A stretch of DNA of 53,105 nt from a virus. Lineage: Duplodnaviria; Caudoviricetes. Both the position numbers and the translations under genes were made by a program. The stretch's first letter is position 1; each line of letters starts with the position of its first letter. The notes under the pieces are model-generated. The model was not told the origin of the DNA, searched no databases, and saw only the letters and a list, made by a program, of their open reading frames with translations. The DNA lies in the IMG/VR virus record IMGVR_UViG_3300028837_001657, positions 1-53,105 of that record; one strand, written 5' to 3'. Shown in pieces: positions 1 through 8,850 of the stretch.

Positions 1-1
1 C

Positions 2-226
2 ACCACTGGAGGCGCTGAGGCCGCGACGTTGGCCGATGGTGCGTTCGAAGGCCAGCTCAAGGTCGTTACCCTTGTTTCTGACGGGGGCGACTTGACCCTC
101 ACTCCGGCCAACCTCACTGACGGGACCACGATCACGTTTGCGGCTGACTATGATTCCGTCACGCTGGCATGGATCACCGGCGGCTGGAAGGTCGTTGGCT
201 CGCACGGGACGCCTGTTGTCGCCTAG
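2..226 (+). CDS. C-terminal part of a virion head decoration/head-fibre-like protein (5' truncated by the window edge)
   Basis: Frame is open from base 2 (TTGGAEAATLADGAFEGQLKVVTLVSDGGDLTLTP...TITF...DSVTLAW...GWKVVG), a beta-rich TLADG..GQ.K motif typical of small genes that follow capsid genes. Confidence 0.5.
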   Translation, partial: TTGGAEAATLADGAFEGQLKVVTLVSDGGDLTLTPANLTDGTTITFAADYDSVTLAWITGGWKVVGSHGTPVVA

Positions 227-234
227 AAGAATCC

Positions 235-268
235 GCCGGTGGGAGGCAGTGCACGGCCTTCCGCCGGC
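235..268 (+). terminator. GC-rich stem-loop after the first CDS (terminator or RNA stability hairpin)
   Basis: GCCGGTGGGAGGC pairs with GCCTTCCGCCGGC allowing G-U pairs; no clear U-tract. Confidence 0.35.
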
Positions 269-292
269 GCGAGTTTAACTTGGAGGTCCGCC

Positions 293-814
293 ATGAAAGG
301 ATCAGTTACGGTAGTCAGGGATGGGCCAGGGCCGGGTGTGATCGCCGGCAAGCGCCTGCTCCCCGGTCATTCTATCACGACATCCCGGGCACAGTTCGAC
401 CGCGCGCAAGCGAACAGTCCGGGATTCCGCATTGTAGGAGATCCCCAGGAAGAAGCACAAGCACGAGTTGAGGCCCCGCCCGAAGCAGAAGCACCCGTTG
501 AGGCCCCGCCCGAAGTAGAAGCACCAGTCGAGGTCCCGCCCGAAGTAGAAGCACCAGTCGAGGCCCCGCCCGAAGTAGAAGCACCAGTCGAGGCCCCGCC
601 CGAAGTGCCGGCCCAACCGGAACCGAAACCGAAGCCGAAGCCGAAGCCGAAAAGGGAAAGGCGCAGGACGACAAGGCGCAAGAAGAAAGAAGAACCCGTC
701 GCAGAGGCAGTCGAGTCCGAACCCCCAGAAGGCAGCGAGAACGCCGACAGTGACGGAGAGTGGGGTCCGGCCCTCGAAGACGTGTTCGCAGGCGAGGACA
801 GCGAGGACACGTAA
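293..814 (+). CDS. Low-complexity Pro/Glu-rich phage protein in the head module
   Basis: GGAGG RBS before ATG 293; EAPPEVEAPV tandem repeats, a PK run, a basic patch and an acidic tail. Confidence 0.7.
   Translation: MKGSVTVVRDGPGPGVIAGKRLLPGHSITTSRAQFDRAQANSPGFRIVGDPQEEAQARVEAPPEAEAPVEAPPEVEAPVEVPPEVEAPVEAPPEVEAPVEAPPEVPAQPEPKPKPKPKPKRERRRTTRRKKKEEPVAEAVESEPPEGSENADSDGEWGPALEDVFAGEDSEDT
467..606 (+). repeat. 30-bp in-frame tandem repeat, about 4.7 copies
   Basis: GTYGAGGCCCCGCCCGAAGYAGAAGCACCM repeated, encoding VEAPPE(A/V)EAP. Confidence 0.95.
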
Positions 815-831
815 CCGATCGCGGAGGAGCC

Positions 832-1272
832 ATGCCAACAGGAGACGCCGATAAAAGCGGCGAGCAAGGCCCGATTGTAGTTACCTATCAGACCCTTACC
901 GACTTAACTGTCAGTGCGTGGACGACTATTCCCGCTGAGATTTCTCGGGCGGCTGACCACTATCTATTGATCAAAGGTATTAGCAATGGTAAGCCTGTGC
1001 GCCTGATGCTTGCCGTTGCAGGAGAGGTTGCTTCCCCTTGTCCGTTGCCAAACACGATGCTTGCGGACATGCTTGATCCGAGTGGCATCAAGTTTTTTAC
1101 TCTGGAAGAGTTGAACCTTCGACAAACTGAGGGCAAGGCACTAGTAGACCCAACTGGCACACTCGTAGAGCCTTACACTTACCAGGACCGTGTGAAGAGA
1201 ACGGTCTGGGCCGAAGACGAAGAGGAGGAAGAACCCGATGGAAGTGGAAACGGAGGATCCGCTGCTAGGTGA
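832..1272 (+). CDS. Hypothetical protein
   Basis: GGAGG RBS, ATG 832 (MPTGDADK), packed in the + strand gene run. Confidence 0.6.
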   Translation: MPTGDADKSGEQGPIVVTYQTLTDLTVSAWTTIPAEISRAADHYLLIKGISNGKPVRLMLAVAGEVASPCPLPNTMLADMLDPSGIKFFTLEELNLRQTEGKALVDPTGTLVEPYTYQDRVKRTVWAEDEEEEEPDGSGNGGSAAR

Positions 1273-1423
1273 CGCCGAACCATTGTCGCGGCGATCTATC
1301 TATGTTATGGCAATCCACGGCGCGTTGTGGACGCATCGCCAAGTTCCCCGCCGGTACACCTACATCGTGTTTGGCGGTTGGGGAGTGATCATCTTGTTGC
1401 TGTTCTTGATCAACTTGGCGTAA
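1238..1423 (+). CDS. Small membrane protein
   Basis: GAGGAG upstream; C-terminal hydrophobic helix YIVFGGWGVIILLLFLINLA. Confidence 0.5.
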   Translation: MEVETEDPLLGDAEPLSRRSIYVMAIHGALWTHRQVPRRYTYIVFGGWGVIILLLFLINLA

Positions 1424-1478
1424 TTGACAGGCACGAGACAACCGCATAGCAAGACAAGAGCAAGGAGCCTTCAACGAC

Positions 1479-1703
1479 ATGGTGTTACCGAAGTTGGGCA
1501 CAGAAAAGCAGTATGCAGGATGGCTGCTCATCTGGAGGCGCGTTTTCCGTTTTGGCCGCCCTACTATCTGGTGTCACGTGTCCCGACGATGGTCTCCTGC
1601 TCTCCCTATACCGTTTCTCTTGAAGGAACCCCCTTACGATCACCAGCGCGATGCTCGACCTGCTTCTATCCCGAGGTGGTGGGCCTCGCGGGCTAAAGGA
1701 TGA
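1479..1703 (+). CDS. Hypothetical protein
   Basis: AAGGAG upstream; fills the gap between neighbours. Confidence 0.4.
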   Translation: MVLPKLGTEKQYAGWLLIWRRVFRFGRPTIWCHVSRRWSPALPIPFLLKEPPYDHQRDARPASIPRWWASRAKG

Positions 1704-1706
1704 ACT

Positions 1707-1982
1707 ATGCATAAGCTTTCAGAACAATCTCTTCGCATAATTCGCCTGGTGTTTCCCGATGGCACAACCTTTCGCAGCGCAGGCGTAGTGATTGGCGGAA
1801 GCTCTGAAGACAGCCGTGTCCATCGGGTAGGTGATAATGATATGGTAGTCCATTTAGAGCCAGGAGAAAAGGCACGATTCTGGATTGACGTTGAAGTGCC
1901 TGCCGCCGCAGATGACTTCGAGGTGGGTGCACCTACGCCTCGACAAGATGCTTTCCGTCGCATCACGGAGCACCAACAGTGA
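1707..1982 (+). CDS. Hypothetical protein
   Basis: AAGGA upstream; starts 3 nt after the previous stop. Confidence 0.55.
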   Translation: MHKLSEQSLRIIRLVFPDGTTFRSAGVVIGGSSEDSRVHRVGDNDMVVHLEPGEKARFWIDVEVPAAADDFEVGAPTPRQDAFRRITEHQQ

Positions 1983-2089
1983 AGGCCGCCTGATGCCCAA
2001 GAAGAGGTCATCACGCGGCCGGCGCCATCTCCGCAGGAAGCGGAAACGGAAGCAGGAGCAGAAGCAAAAGAAAAGTGAAGAGCCAAAGA

Positions 2090-2623
2090 ATGACACGACC
2101 ACTTAGAGCGCACTTGAGTTACCTTAAATATGTGCTCAGACACAAATGGTATGTGTTTATCGAATGTGCCACGCTAGAGTTGTACTGGCGTGGCCTGATC
2201 CATGATTGGCACAAGTTACTACCCAGCGAATGGATCCCTTATGTCGCTTTCTTTTATGACGAGGCCGGGCAGCCTGTCCGACGCCGAGACGACACTGGGT
2301 ACTATAAGCCCGTAGACACTGGGAACCTCGACTTTGATCTGGCCTGGCTGAAACATGTACACCGGTGCGAGCACCACTGGCAATGTTGGGTTGTGCCGGG
2401 AGAAGGTACGGCCGTGCGGTGTTTCCCGATCCCCGAGGCTGCCATGCACGAGATGATTGCCGATTGGTTCGGTGCTGCGCTTGCACAGGGAAAGACACGT
2501 GAAAGCGTCCTGATGTGGTATAAGGCAAACTCGTGGAAAATGCACATCCATGCAGCAACGAAAGGCCTCTTGAATGGTCTGATCGTAAAACAAGTGAGCA
2601 GGTCCACAAAGACAGCCAGGTGA
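2090..2623 (+). CDS. DUF5662-like protein (HD-superfamily-like metal-binding protein)
   Basis: HKWYV...GLIHDWHK...LAWLKHVHRCEHHWQ...P..AMHEMIADW motif series. Confidence 0.7.
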   Translation: MTRPLRAHLSYLKYVLRHKWYVFIECATLELYWRGLIHDWHKLLPSEWIPYVAFFYDEAGQPVRRRDDTGYYKPVDTGNLDFDLAWLKHVHRCEHHWQCWVVPGEGTAVRCFPIPEAAMHEMIADWFGAALAQGKTRESVLMWYKANSWKMHIHAATKGLLNGLIVKQVSRSTKTAR

Positions 2624-2650
2624 TTAGTCTGGCAAGATTAAAGGAGGCAA

Positions 2651-3448
2651 GTGTCCACAGAACAGGCCATAGGCACTGCGGTGTGGGAGGCAAGGATTGT
2701 CGTGGCTGGCACCATCGCACTGCTGTACCTTTGGCTCAACGCGAGCGGGACGAGAAACGGGTACTGGCACTGGCTCACGAACTACTTCGTGGTACTCGCT
2801 TTCAGCGAAGTTTACTTGTACTGGCTGAGTACCTATCAGCGAGTGTTTCCGGACATCGACTTCGCCTACGTGAGTATCTTCCAGGCGGTGGCGACGTTTT
2901 GGTACATTGTCAACACAACAGTAATCATGATACTTGTGATCGCAGCGCACAAGTTGACCGACCGTCGGATACATCCGATATGGAGCTTGCTGTACGCGGT
3001 GCCTATCATATCTATCCTATATCAAGGCGGCTCCGAGTCGGCGGTCTGGCTACCACTCAATCAGTGGGCCTACAACTACTTCAGGATTCTTGGTCCTCTA
3101 GCCGCATTCTCACTCATAGCATTCCGATCGCCGCGTTGGTGGATGCAGCGCGTCATGCGCATCATAACCATTGTCTTGGGAATACTCTGGTACGCGCAGA
3201 ACTTTTTGTGGGCCTGGGCAGGGCGGCTGTGGGCAATACCAGACAAAGCTCACCTGACCGGGATATTCCTGGATTTGCTGATGGGCGGCTGGCTATTGCT
3301 CTTGCACCTACGCAGGGTAGAAGTGCAGCGCGATGATGCGTTGGCTAAGTTGGCAGAAGAGCGCACCTTGTTAGATCAGGCCGTGCAAGTGACAGCTAAC
3401 GGGATGGAACACGAGGTAGCTATTCTCAAAGGACAGGAGACATCATGA
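2651..3448 (+). CDS. Polytopic membrane protein
   Basis: AAGGAGG RBS with GTG start; about 7 hydrophobic segments followed by a C-terminal coiled coil. Confidence 0.75.
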   Translation: MSTEQAIGTAVWEARIVVAGTIALLYLWLNASGTRNGYWHWLTNYFVVLAFSEVYLYWLSTYQRVFPDIDFAYVSIFQAVATFWYIVNTTVIMILVIAAHKLTDRRIHPIWSLLYAVPIISILYQGGSESAVWLPLNQWAYNYFRILGPLAAFSLIAFRSPRWWMQRVMRIITIVLGILWYAQNFLWAWAGRLWAIPDKAHLTGIFLDLLMGGWLLLLHLRRVEVQRDDALAKLAEERTLLDQAVQVTANGMEHEVAILKGQETS

Positions 3449-3870
3449 CACTGACAGTAAGGATGCTTGTTGTTGCACGACCGGCACTGGAGCGCCTGGC
3501 GCGCACGGAGTTGCCAGCACGGGCCGCATTCCAAACGGCGGGGATCATTCGACTAGTAGAAGGTCCCCTCGAGGACTATCTGCGCACGGAGTTAGCCTTA
3601 TACACCAAGTACGGGGAGGCGGATCCGGAAGGGAACATCACTGTCTTAGACAAGCACAGAGAACGATTCGAAGCAGAGCGCGAGCAATTACTCGAAACAG
3701 TGATAGAACTAGGCCTTGACGGACTCGCCTTAAAGCCAGATGACCTAATCAGCAATAGTGTCGATGTCGCTTTCAGGCCGGGGGACATCGTTCTACTGCA
3801 AGCAGTAGGAGTCATTGAAGCATGTCCACAGTTGCCCCACACTCCGGAGAAGAAGACACAGGCGGGCTAG
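3445..3870 (+). CDS. DUF1617-like phage protein
   Basis: L..L...ELP...AF...L..KYGE.D.EG...F..E..QLL pattern; ATGA overlap with the previous gene. Confidence 0.55.
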   Translation: MTLTVRMLVVARPALERLARTELPARAAFQTAGIIRLVEGPLEDYLRTELALYTKYGEADPEGNITVLDKHRERFEAEREQLLETVIELGLDGLALKPDDLISNSVDVAFRPGDIVLLQAVGVIEACPQLPHTPEKKTQAG

Positions 3871-4289
3871 GAGACCTAAGCCTGACGACACTTGAGAGAC
3901 TGATCGCTGCAACGGAAGAGAAGGCACAGGCAGAATTGCGTCGAGTGCAAGTAGAAGAGCAGCGAGTAGAGGCAGCGGCACAAGAAGCGCGTCTGCTTGC
4001 GCAGCGCAACCAGATCATGGAGCAGTTAGTAAGCGATGTGCGCTTGCTGATCAAACTAATCCAAGCGACGTTCACGCCGACGCTGGCGAAACACACGAAC
4101 ATGCTCGCCCTTCTTTTAGAAGTACAGCGCATCATCATCCCCCAGTTAGCGAGGGAAGGGCGGGGTGAAGAAGAGATAAACCGATTGACTGCCTTGCTCG
4201 CACAGATAGGGCAACGGGGCTCGTCGGAACTGAGTGTTACTACCGGTGCCATGAGCGCCGGTCAAGACCTGACCATAGAGGCAGGCTAA
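3822..4289 (+). CDS. Hypothetical coiled-coil protein
   Basis: Long helical E/Q/R-rich ORF in the gene run. Confidence 0.55.
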   Translation: MSTVAPHSGEEDTGGLGDLSLTTLERLIAATEEKAQAELRRVQVEEQRVEAAAQEARLLAQRNQIMEQLVSDVRLLIKLIQATFTPTLAKHTNMLALLLEVQRIIIPQLAREGRGEEEINRLTALLAQIGQRGSSELSVTTGAMSAGQDLTIEAG

Positions 4290-4299
4290 GGAGACTGAC

Positions 4300-4617
4300 A
4301 TGGCCATCACGGTAGATGTAAAAGGGGACATTGACGTAGGGGGCGACTTCAACATTCGAGAGCAAGTCGTTCACGCAGCCGCAGCCGCAGCCACTGTCCA
4401 GTGGCCGCCGGAGGTGCTAGAGGACTTAGATGCCTTGACCGCGATGTTTGACGATGCTGATCTACTTGACGTCGAAGCAGCGCAAACGGTCCTTGACCAA
4501 TTGGCTGAAGCTGCGCCGGAGTTGATCGACATGCTGATGAACATCCTTACAGGGCCGGTAGCTGCCTTGGGGCTGACACTGATCAAGCAGGCGGGGAAAC
4601 TGCTGCTAGGAAGGTAA
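4300..4617 (+). CDS. Hypothetical protein
   Basis: AAGGAG RBS, ATG 4300. Confidence 0.65.
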   Translation: MAITVDVKGDIDVGGDFNIREQVVHAAAAAATVQWPPEVLEDLDALTAMFDDADLLDVEAAQTVLDQLAEAAPELIDMLMNILTGPVAALGLTLIKQAGKLLLGR

Positions 4618-4618
4618 A

Positions 4619-5305
4619 ATGTCTGTAAACTTGGCAGAGTTGAAAGGACGCCTCGAGGCGGACGTCCCACAATACGACGAAGTACCTTCCGACTCACAGT
4701 ACAGCCAGGCTGTGCGAGATGCCGTAGCGAACTTCTCGCTCAAGGTCCCGCACGAGAAGTTCGCTCAGATTGTGCTAGTCAGCGGTACCGCCACTTATGA
4801 TCTACCCGGAGACTTCGCCAGCCTGATACAACTAGAGAGTCTTTCCGGTCTAGGTGAGATCATCCATACGGGAGATGGATTGGTACCCATCTCGGCCGAG
4901 TGGGAACAGCACAACTTTATTGAAGGCCTGACTATCACGTTCGTGCCTACCCCGACGTTCGGCATGACGTTAGACCTGCGGTACAACGCCTTGCACGTCT
5001 TGAGTGCCAGCGATGTGTACGAGGACATGACAGCCGAAGAAGCAGGTACCGTCATGCTGCAGGCGCGTGTCATTGTGCTGCAACTACAGGCAATCAAGGC
5101 AAGCCAGCAGGCGCTCTCCTATGCCATCGGTGACGAACGGATAAGTAAAGAAAAGTTAGCTGGCGCGTTGCGAGATACAGCAGCAATGTTAGATCAGCGG
5201 TACAAGGAGAGGTGTCAGGAAATGACAAGGGGCGGCATGTACGGGACACGGGCGAGTTATGCCCCGATTGAGTATCCGCCGTCTATCATGGACTTGCTGA
5301 CCTGA
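4619..5305 (+). CDS. Head-tail adaptor/connector-like protein
   Basis: Helical N- and C-termini, beta insert (LVSGTATYDLP), C-terminal SYAIGDERISK motif as seen in head completion proteins; neck-module position. Confidence 0.55.
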   Translation: MSVNLAELKGRLEADVPQYDEVPSDSQYSQAVRDAVANFSLKVPHEKFAQIVLVSGTATYDLPGDFASLIQLESLSGLGEIIHTGDGLVPISAEWEQHNFIEGLTITFVPTPTFGMTLDLRYNALHVLSASDVYEDMTAEEAGTVMLQARVIVLQLQAIKASQQALSYAIGDERISKEKLAGALRDTAAMLDQRYKERCQEMTRGGMYGTRASYAPIEYPPSIMDLLT

Positions 5306-5316
5306 AGGAGGAACAG

Positions 5317-5730
5317 ATGCCGCAAGACTATCCACTACCGACCAAGACCGTGCAGCACGTAATCGTGATGTCCGACGCGGTTGATTTTACCATCGGGATC
5401 GGGGCAGACGGAAGCGCAGTCACGCCCGTAGACCTGGGGGGCAACTTCGAAGGCATCCTGGTCGCCTGTGCTGACATGGCCGGAGTGCAAGCCGTGACCA
5501 CGATGGGGGCCAAGGTCGGCTTTGACTTGGCAGGGACAATGTACACCTTGTACGCCCAGAATGATCCATCGTCTGCCTGGGTGTCCTCCGGCAACCTGCC
5601 AACCAGTGGGACGATGATGGCAGAGTTTACCTTGGCTAAAGGGGTCCGCCGGCTGCAACTCATCCTGAGCCAGGTCACTGCTGGAGCCGCCGTGACTTTC
5701 AGCATCCGAGGTTGGAACAGGGGCTTTTAG
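5317..5730 (+). CDS. Putative virion structural beta-sandwich protein
   Basis: AAGGAGG RBS; beta-rich composition; structural module context. Confidence 0.55.
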   Translation: MPQDYPLPTKTVQHVIVMSDAVDFTIGIGADGSAVTPVDLGGNFEGILVACADMAGVQAVTTMGAKVGFDLAGTMYTLYAQNDPSSAWVSSGNLPTSGTMMAEFTLAKGVRRLQLILSQVTAGAAVTFSIRGWNRGF

Positions 5731-6059
5731 TGGGGATCCTGGGCCTTGACGATCGGGCGACGATCGCCGCCATGTTGTTAGCGATCCGAGACGACAATCC
5801 GGAAACTATCACCATCAGGCGAGGTGAAGGCACGCTGGATCCGCAGGTAGTGCGCCTGGCCGGGCGGGGCAGCGGGCGGCCACGAGAAAGCCTGGGGGCT
5901 GAAGAAACAAGGGGTACAATCACGATCCTTGGCGATACCGACCTGGACATCCAGGTCGGAGATCGGTTCAACGATGGCAATGCTCAGTTGTATAAGGTGA
6001 CATTCGTCGAGGCCAACACCGACGAGGCAGTGAGGGCCAGGGCAGAAGTCATCGAGTAA
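5730..6059 (+). CDS. Head closure/stopper-like protein
   Basis: About 110 aa, ITIRR...DLDIQVGDRF...LYKVTFV pattern typical of SPP1 gp16-like stoppers; GTG overlaps the previous stop. Confidence 0.55.
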   Translation: MGILGLDDRATIAAMLLAIRDDNPETITIRRGEGTLDPQVVRLAGRGSGRPRESLGAEETRGTITILGDTDLDIQVGDRFNDGNAQLYKVTFVEANTDEAVRARAEVIE

Positions 6060-6066
6060 TGGATGA

Positions 6067-6084
6067 CCTCATGCATGCATGAGG
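6067..6084. promoter_or_regulatory. Perfect 18-bp palindrome CCTCATGCATGCATGAGG (copy 1 of a recurrent intergenic motif)
   Basis: Core CATGCATGCATG also at 16515, 19402 and 37691, each time just after a stop codon. Confidence 0.6.
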
Positions 6085-6127
6085 CGTGTTGCAGGCAACA
6101 CGGAGACAAGTACAGGAGGAAAAGCAG

Positions 6128-6472
6128 ATGGCAACAGTACACGCGATACAACAGATCACGAGGGATGGATTGGAGTCGGTCCCCGTAGCGGCGGATGCGG
6201 GGGCGCTTCCAGACGGGAACACGTGCGTCAATGATGGTAAGATGACCTTCTTGCACATCATCAACGCGGATGCAGGCGACCATACCGTCACGCTCAGTAC
6301 CACAGAGACAGTGGACGGAGAAGCAATTGCGGACAAGACCGTCGTGATCACGGCAGGGGAAGAGCGGTTCATCGGCCCGTTTCCCACCGCGATCTACAGT
6401 TCCACTTTGCGGTTTTCGTTCGAAGCCGTCACGAGCGTGACCGTCGCGGCGCTGCGCCTGGCGAGCGGGTAG
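6128..6472 (+). CDS. Small virion structural protein
   Basis: AGGAGG RBS; NDGK.FL.I.N...TVT...VDG....D..V.I.AGE.RFIGPFP..IY motif typical of small phage structural proteins. Confidence 0.6.
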   Translation: MATVHAIQQITRDGLESVPVAADAGALPDGNTCVNDGKMTFLHIINADAGDHTVTLSTTETVDGEAIADKTVVITAGEERFIGPFPTAIYSSTLRFSFEAVTSVTVAALRLASG

Positions 6473-6475
6473 TCA

Positions 6476-6910
6476 ATGCCAGGTGGCGGTGTCACATTCA
6501 AGTGGGTGAAGCCTGTCTCGAACATACAGACAGGGTTCACCCGGCACGGACGCAAGGCGCTAGTAGCCGTCCGCCAGGCCGCAGATCATTCCGCGATCCG
6601 AATGCAGAACGCGGCACGTGCAGAAGCGCCCTGGACAGACCGCACGGGCAATGCACGGTCGGGACTGTTTGGGGGTGCCTCGGGGGGCGGTCTGCCCGAC
6701 CTAGGTGCACCTAGCGCGGTGGCAGACATCGCTCCCGACGAGAGTGTCGAAGGCGACGAAACCTTGATCGTAGTCGTGATCGCGCACTCCATGAGTTACG
6801 GGGTGAGTTTAGAACTTGATCATGCCGAACTGTACGCGGTCTTGGTACCAGTAATGGACAGGGAGATACCACAACTAGGGGCCGCACTCAAGCGGCTAAC
6901 AGGAGGATAA
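6476..6910 (+). CDS. HK97 gp10-like tail/neck component
   Basis: A...APW.DRTGNARSGL and H...YG..LE motifs. Confidence 0.75.
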   Translation: MPGGGVTFKWVKPVSNIQTGFTRHGRKALVAVRQAADHSAIRMQNAARAEAPWTDRTGNARSGLFGGASGGGLPDLGAPSAVADIAPDESVEGDETLIVVVIAHSMSYGVSLELDHAELYAVLVPVMDREIPQLGAALKRLTGG

Positions 6911-6915
6911 GACGA

Positions 6916-7545
6916 ATGGCAACACTCAGCAGGGCCGTAAAGCCCACAGGGACGCTCTCAGCGCGTCACCGCAAGGCTCCCCGGCAGGACGTAGGGCTGG
7001 CGTGGAAATGGCGCAACTTGCCCAACTTGTGGCGCGGCACCTGGCGCAACAAGTTGGCGGAAGCGGTCAGCCAGTTGACCGGTATCCCCGTACTCACAGC
7101 GGAGTTGAAGGCCACACTGATCAAGGCCAGTGGCCTGTACATCGAGTACGGCGTGGTCAGCCGCATGGTAGTCACAGACACCGGCGTGGCGTTCTTGGTG
7201 GATGATTGGGACGACGACACGACAGACATCACCGACATGAACTTCCATGCCTGCGGCACCGGCGTCGCGGCCGAGGATCAAACCGATACTGCCCTGGGTA
7301 CGGAATCGACAACGATCACCGACCGGGGGACGGGGGCCAAGACGCAGCCGACTGCGAATCAGATCAGGTCTACGGCCACCCAAGACTTCACAGGGGCCGG
7401 GGCGATCACGGAGCATGGCCTGTTCTCGATCGTCACGGAAGAGGCTGGCGTCATGTGGGATCGGTCGGTGTTTGCCGCTATCAATGTGGGCAACGGCGAC
7501 TCGATCCAATGGCAGTACACGCTCACGATCACCGCGGGTGGATAG
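6916..7545 (+). CDS. Tail-collar/fibre-base-like structural protein
   Basis: VVT..G...GTG..A....DTAL.TE...ITEHGLF...G.M.DRSVF..IN...GDSI...YT motif. Confidence 0.6.
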   Translation: MATLSRAVKPTGTLSARHRKAPRQDVGLAWKWRNLPNLWRGTWRNKLAEAVSQLTGIPVLTAELKATLIKASGLYIEYGVVSRMVVTDTGVAFLVDDWDDDTTDITDMNFHACGTGVAAEDQTDTALGTESTTITDRGTGAKTQPTANQIRSTATQDFTGAGAITEHGLFSIVTEEAGVMWDRSVFAAINVGNGDSIQWQYTLTITAGG

Positions 7546-7565
7546 CCAGGTGAATTGAAAAGAAC

Positions 7566-7600
7566 GGGCATGCCGGGCCACCACCGGCAAGCTCTTTCTT
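7566..7600 (+). terminator. Putative intrinsic terminator
   Basis: GGGCATGCCGG-7 nt loop-CCGGCAAGCTC followed by TTTCTT, 20 nt after the stop at 7545. Confidence 0.5.
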
Positions 7601-7673
7601 CCCTGTTCTCCTTCGCGACGGTCAGGGCATGGCGGTGCTCACCGAGCCACCATGCCCTGACCAGGGGAGGCGT

Positions 7674-7958
7674 GTGAGAGAAGACCGCCCGTGGCTGCTG
7701 ATCGTGCTACTCACGCTTGCTGCGCTTGGGTTTTTGTGGCTGGCGCAGGTGATGGCGACTAGCGAATTTGATCCGTCTAATGCAGTGAGATCACGCGTAC
7801 AGCCGACGCCGACGCTGGGATGGACTGTCTGCCCGCCTGTGGTCATCGGGATACAGGTAGTGGCTCGCGAAACACCTGCACCTCGGAGACCTTTGCAAAT
7901 CAAAGGCAATAGAACGCACTTTGCTCAAGACATGGACAAGACTGGACGTAGGCCGTAA
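7674..7958 (+). CDS. Small protein with an N-terminal membrane anchor
   Basis: GGGGAGG RBS before GTG 7674; PWLLIVLLTLAALGFLWLA. Confidence 0.5.
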   Translation: MREDRPWLLIVLLTLAALGFLWLAQVMATSEFDPSNAVRSRVQPTPTLGWTVCPPVVIGIQVVARETPAPRRPLQIKGNRTHFAQDMDKTGRRP

Positions 7959-8145
7959 GGAGCGATAGATGATCATACTTTCGTTCGGGCGATGGAACCA
8001 CAGTGCGGGATGGCTGTTCATCTTAGAACGCATCTACCTTTCAAGGGGAAGATGGACGCCGTTTTGCCGCGTCCGTTGGCGGCACGCAGCGCGATCGAGG
8101 GCGTGCGCGTATCCGCGAAGAACTGGGCAAAGCCCCTAGGAAAAG

Positions 8146-8454
8146 ATGATGTTGCCGAAGCATTGGCGCTGGCGAACAAAGTGGGCAGCGTTTTTGCCTG
8201 CACTTGTTGTAGTGCTCTTCTTAGCATCAGGCGCGATCCCCCAGGTCTTGGGTCATAACAACGGGCAAGGCCAGCCGTCAGAATGGTCGATGAACGAAGG
8301 CGAGCGAAGCCGAGTAAGTTGTCTCGGAACTCGCCTGAGAATACATTGGATTGATCAAACGCACGCGGCGTTGTTTTGCGCACCACTGATGGCTTCCCCT
8401 TTGCCTACAACGACGCCTGGCGGGCTACCGCCGAGGCCAACAGTGGTCCCATAA
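8146..8454 (+). CDS. Small protein with a signal/TM segment
   Basis: Basic N-terminus followed by FLPALVVVLFLA. Confidence 0.45.
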   Translation: MMLPKHWRWRTKWAAFLPALVVVLFLASGAIPQVLGHNNGQGQPSEWSMNEGERSRVSCLGTRLRIHWIDQTHAALFCAPLMASPLPTTTPGGLPPRPTVVP

Positions 8455-8481
8455 AACGAGAGTGCGTATGCTGGGTGATAC

Positions 8482-8850
8482 ATGACCTATCTCATCCCAA
8501 TCCGCAGTTGGGACGACGTGCAGCACGAGAGTCTCCGTCGTGAGGTTGACCCCGATTTCAACGTCGCGCATGATGAGCTTTCTGCCTGCTATTACGGCCA
8601 CCAGCCCTTCCGCACCTATGGCACGCTGGACAGAGAACTGTTCGACAAGCTGCATTCATTGATCTGGCATCTGCACCTCGTCGCGTTCCATGATGCCAAC
8701 ATGGCGCGGCCCAAGTCAAAGCAGATCCCACAGAGCGCGTACAACTACATCTACGCCGATGACGCCATTACCGTCGTCGGCACATGGTACGAGCGTGAGC
8801 AACAGAAAATCGCTCTACTCAAACAACAAGGGGTCACCTTACAGATATGA
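8482..8850 (+). CDS. Hypothetical protein
   Basis: 122-aa ORF with ATGA coupling to the next gene. Confidence 0.6.
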   Translation: MTYLIPIRSWDDVQHESLRREVDPDFNVAHDELSACYYGHQPFRTYGTLDRELFDKLHSLIWHLHLVAFHDANMARPKSKQIPQSAYNYIYADDAITVVGTWYEREQQKIALLKQQGVTLQI

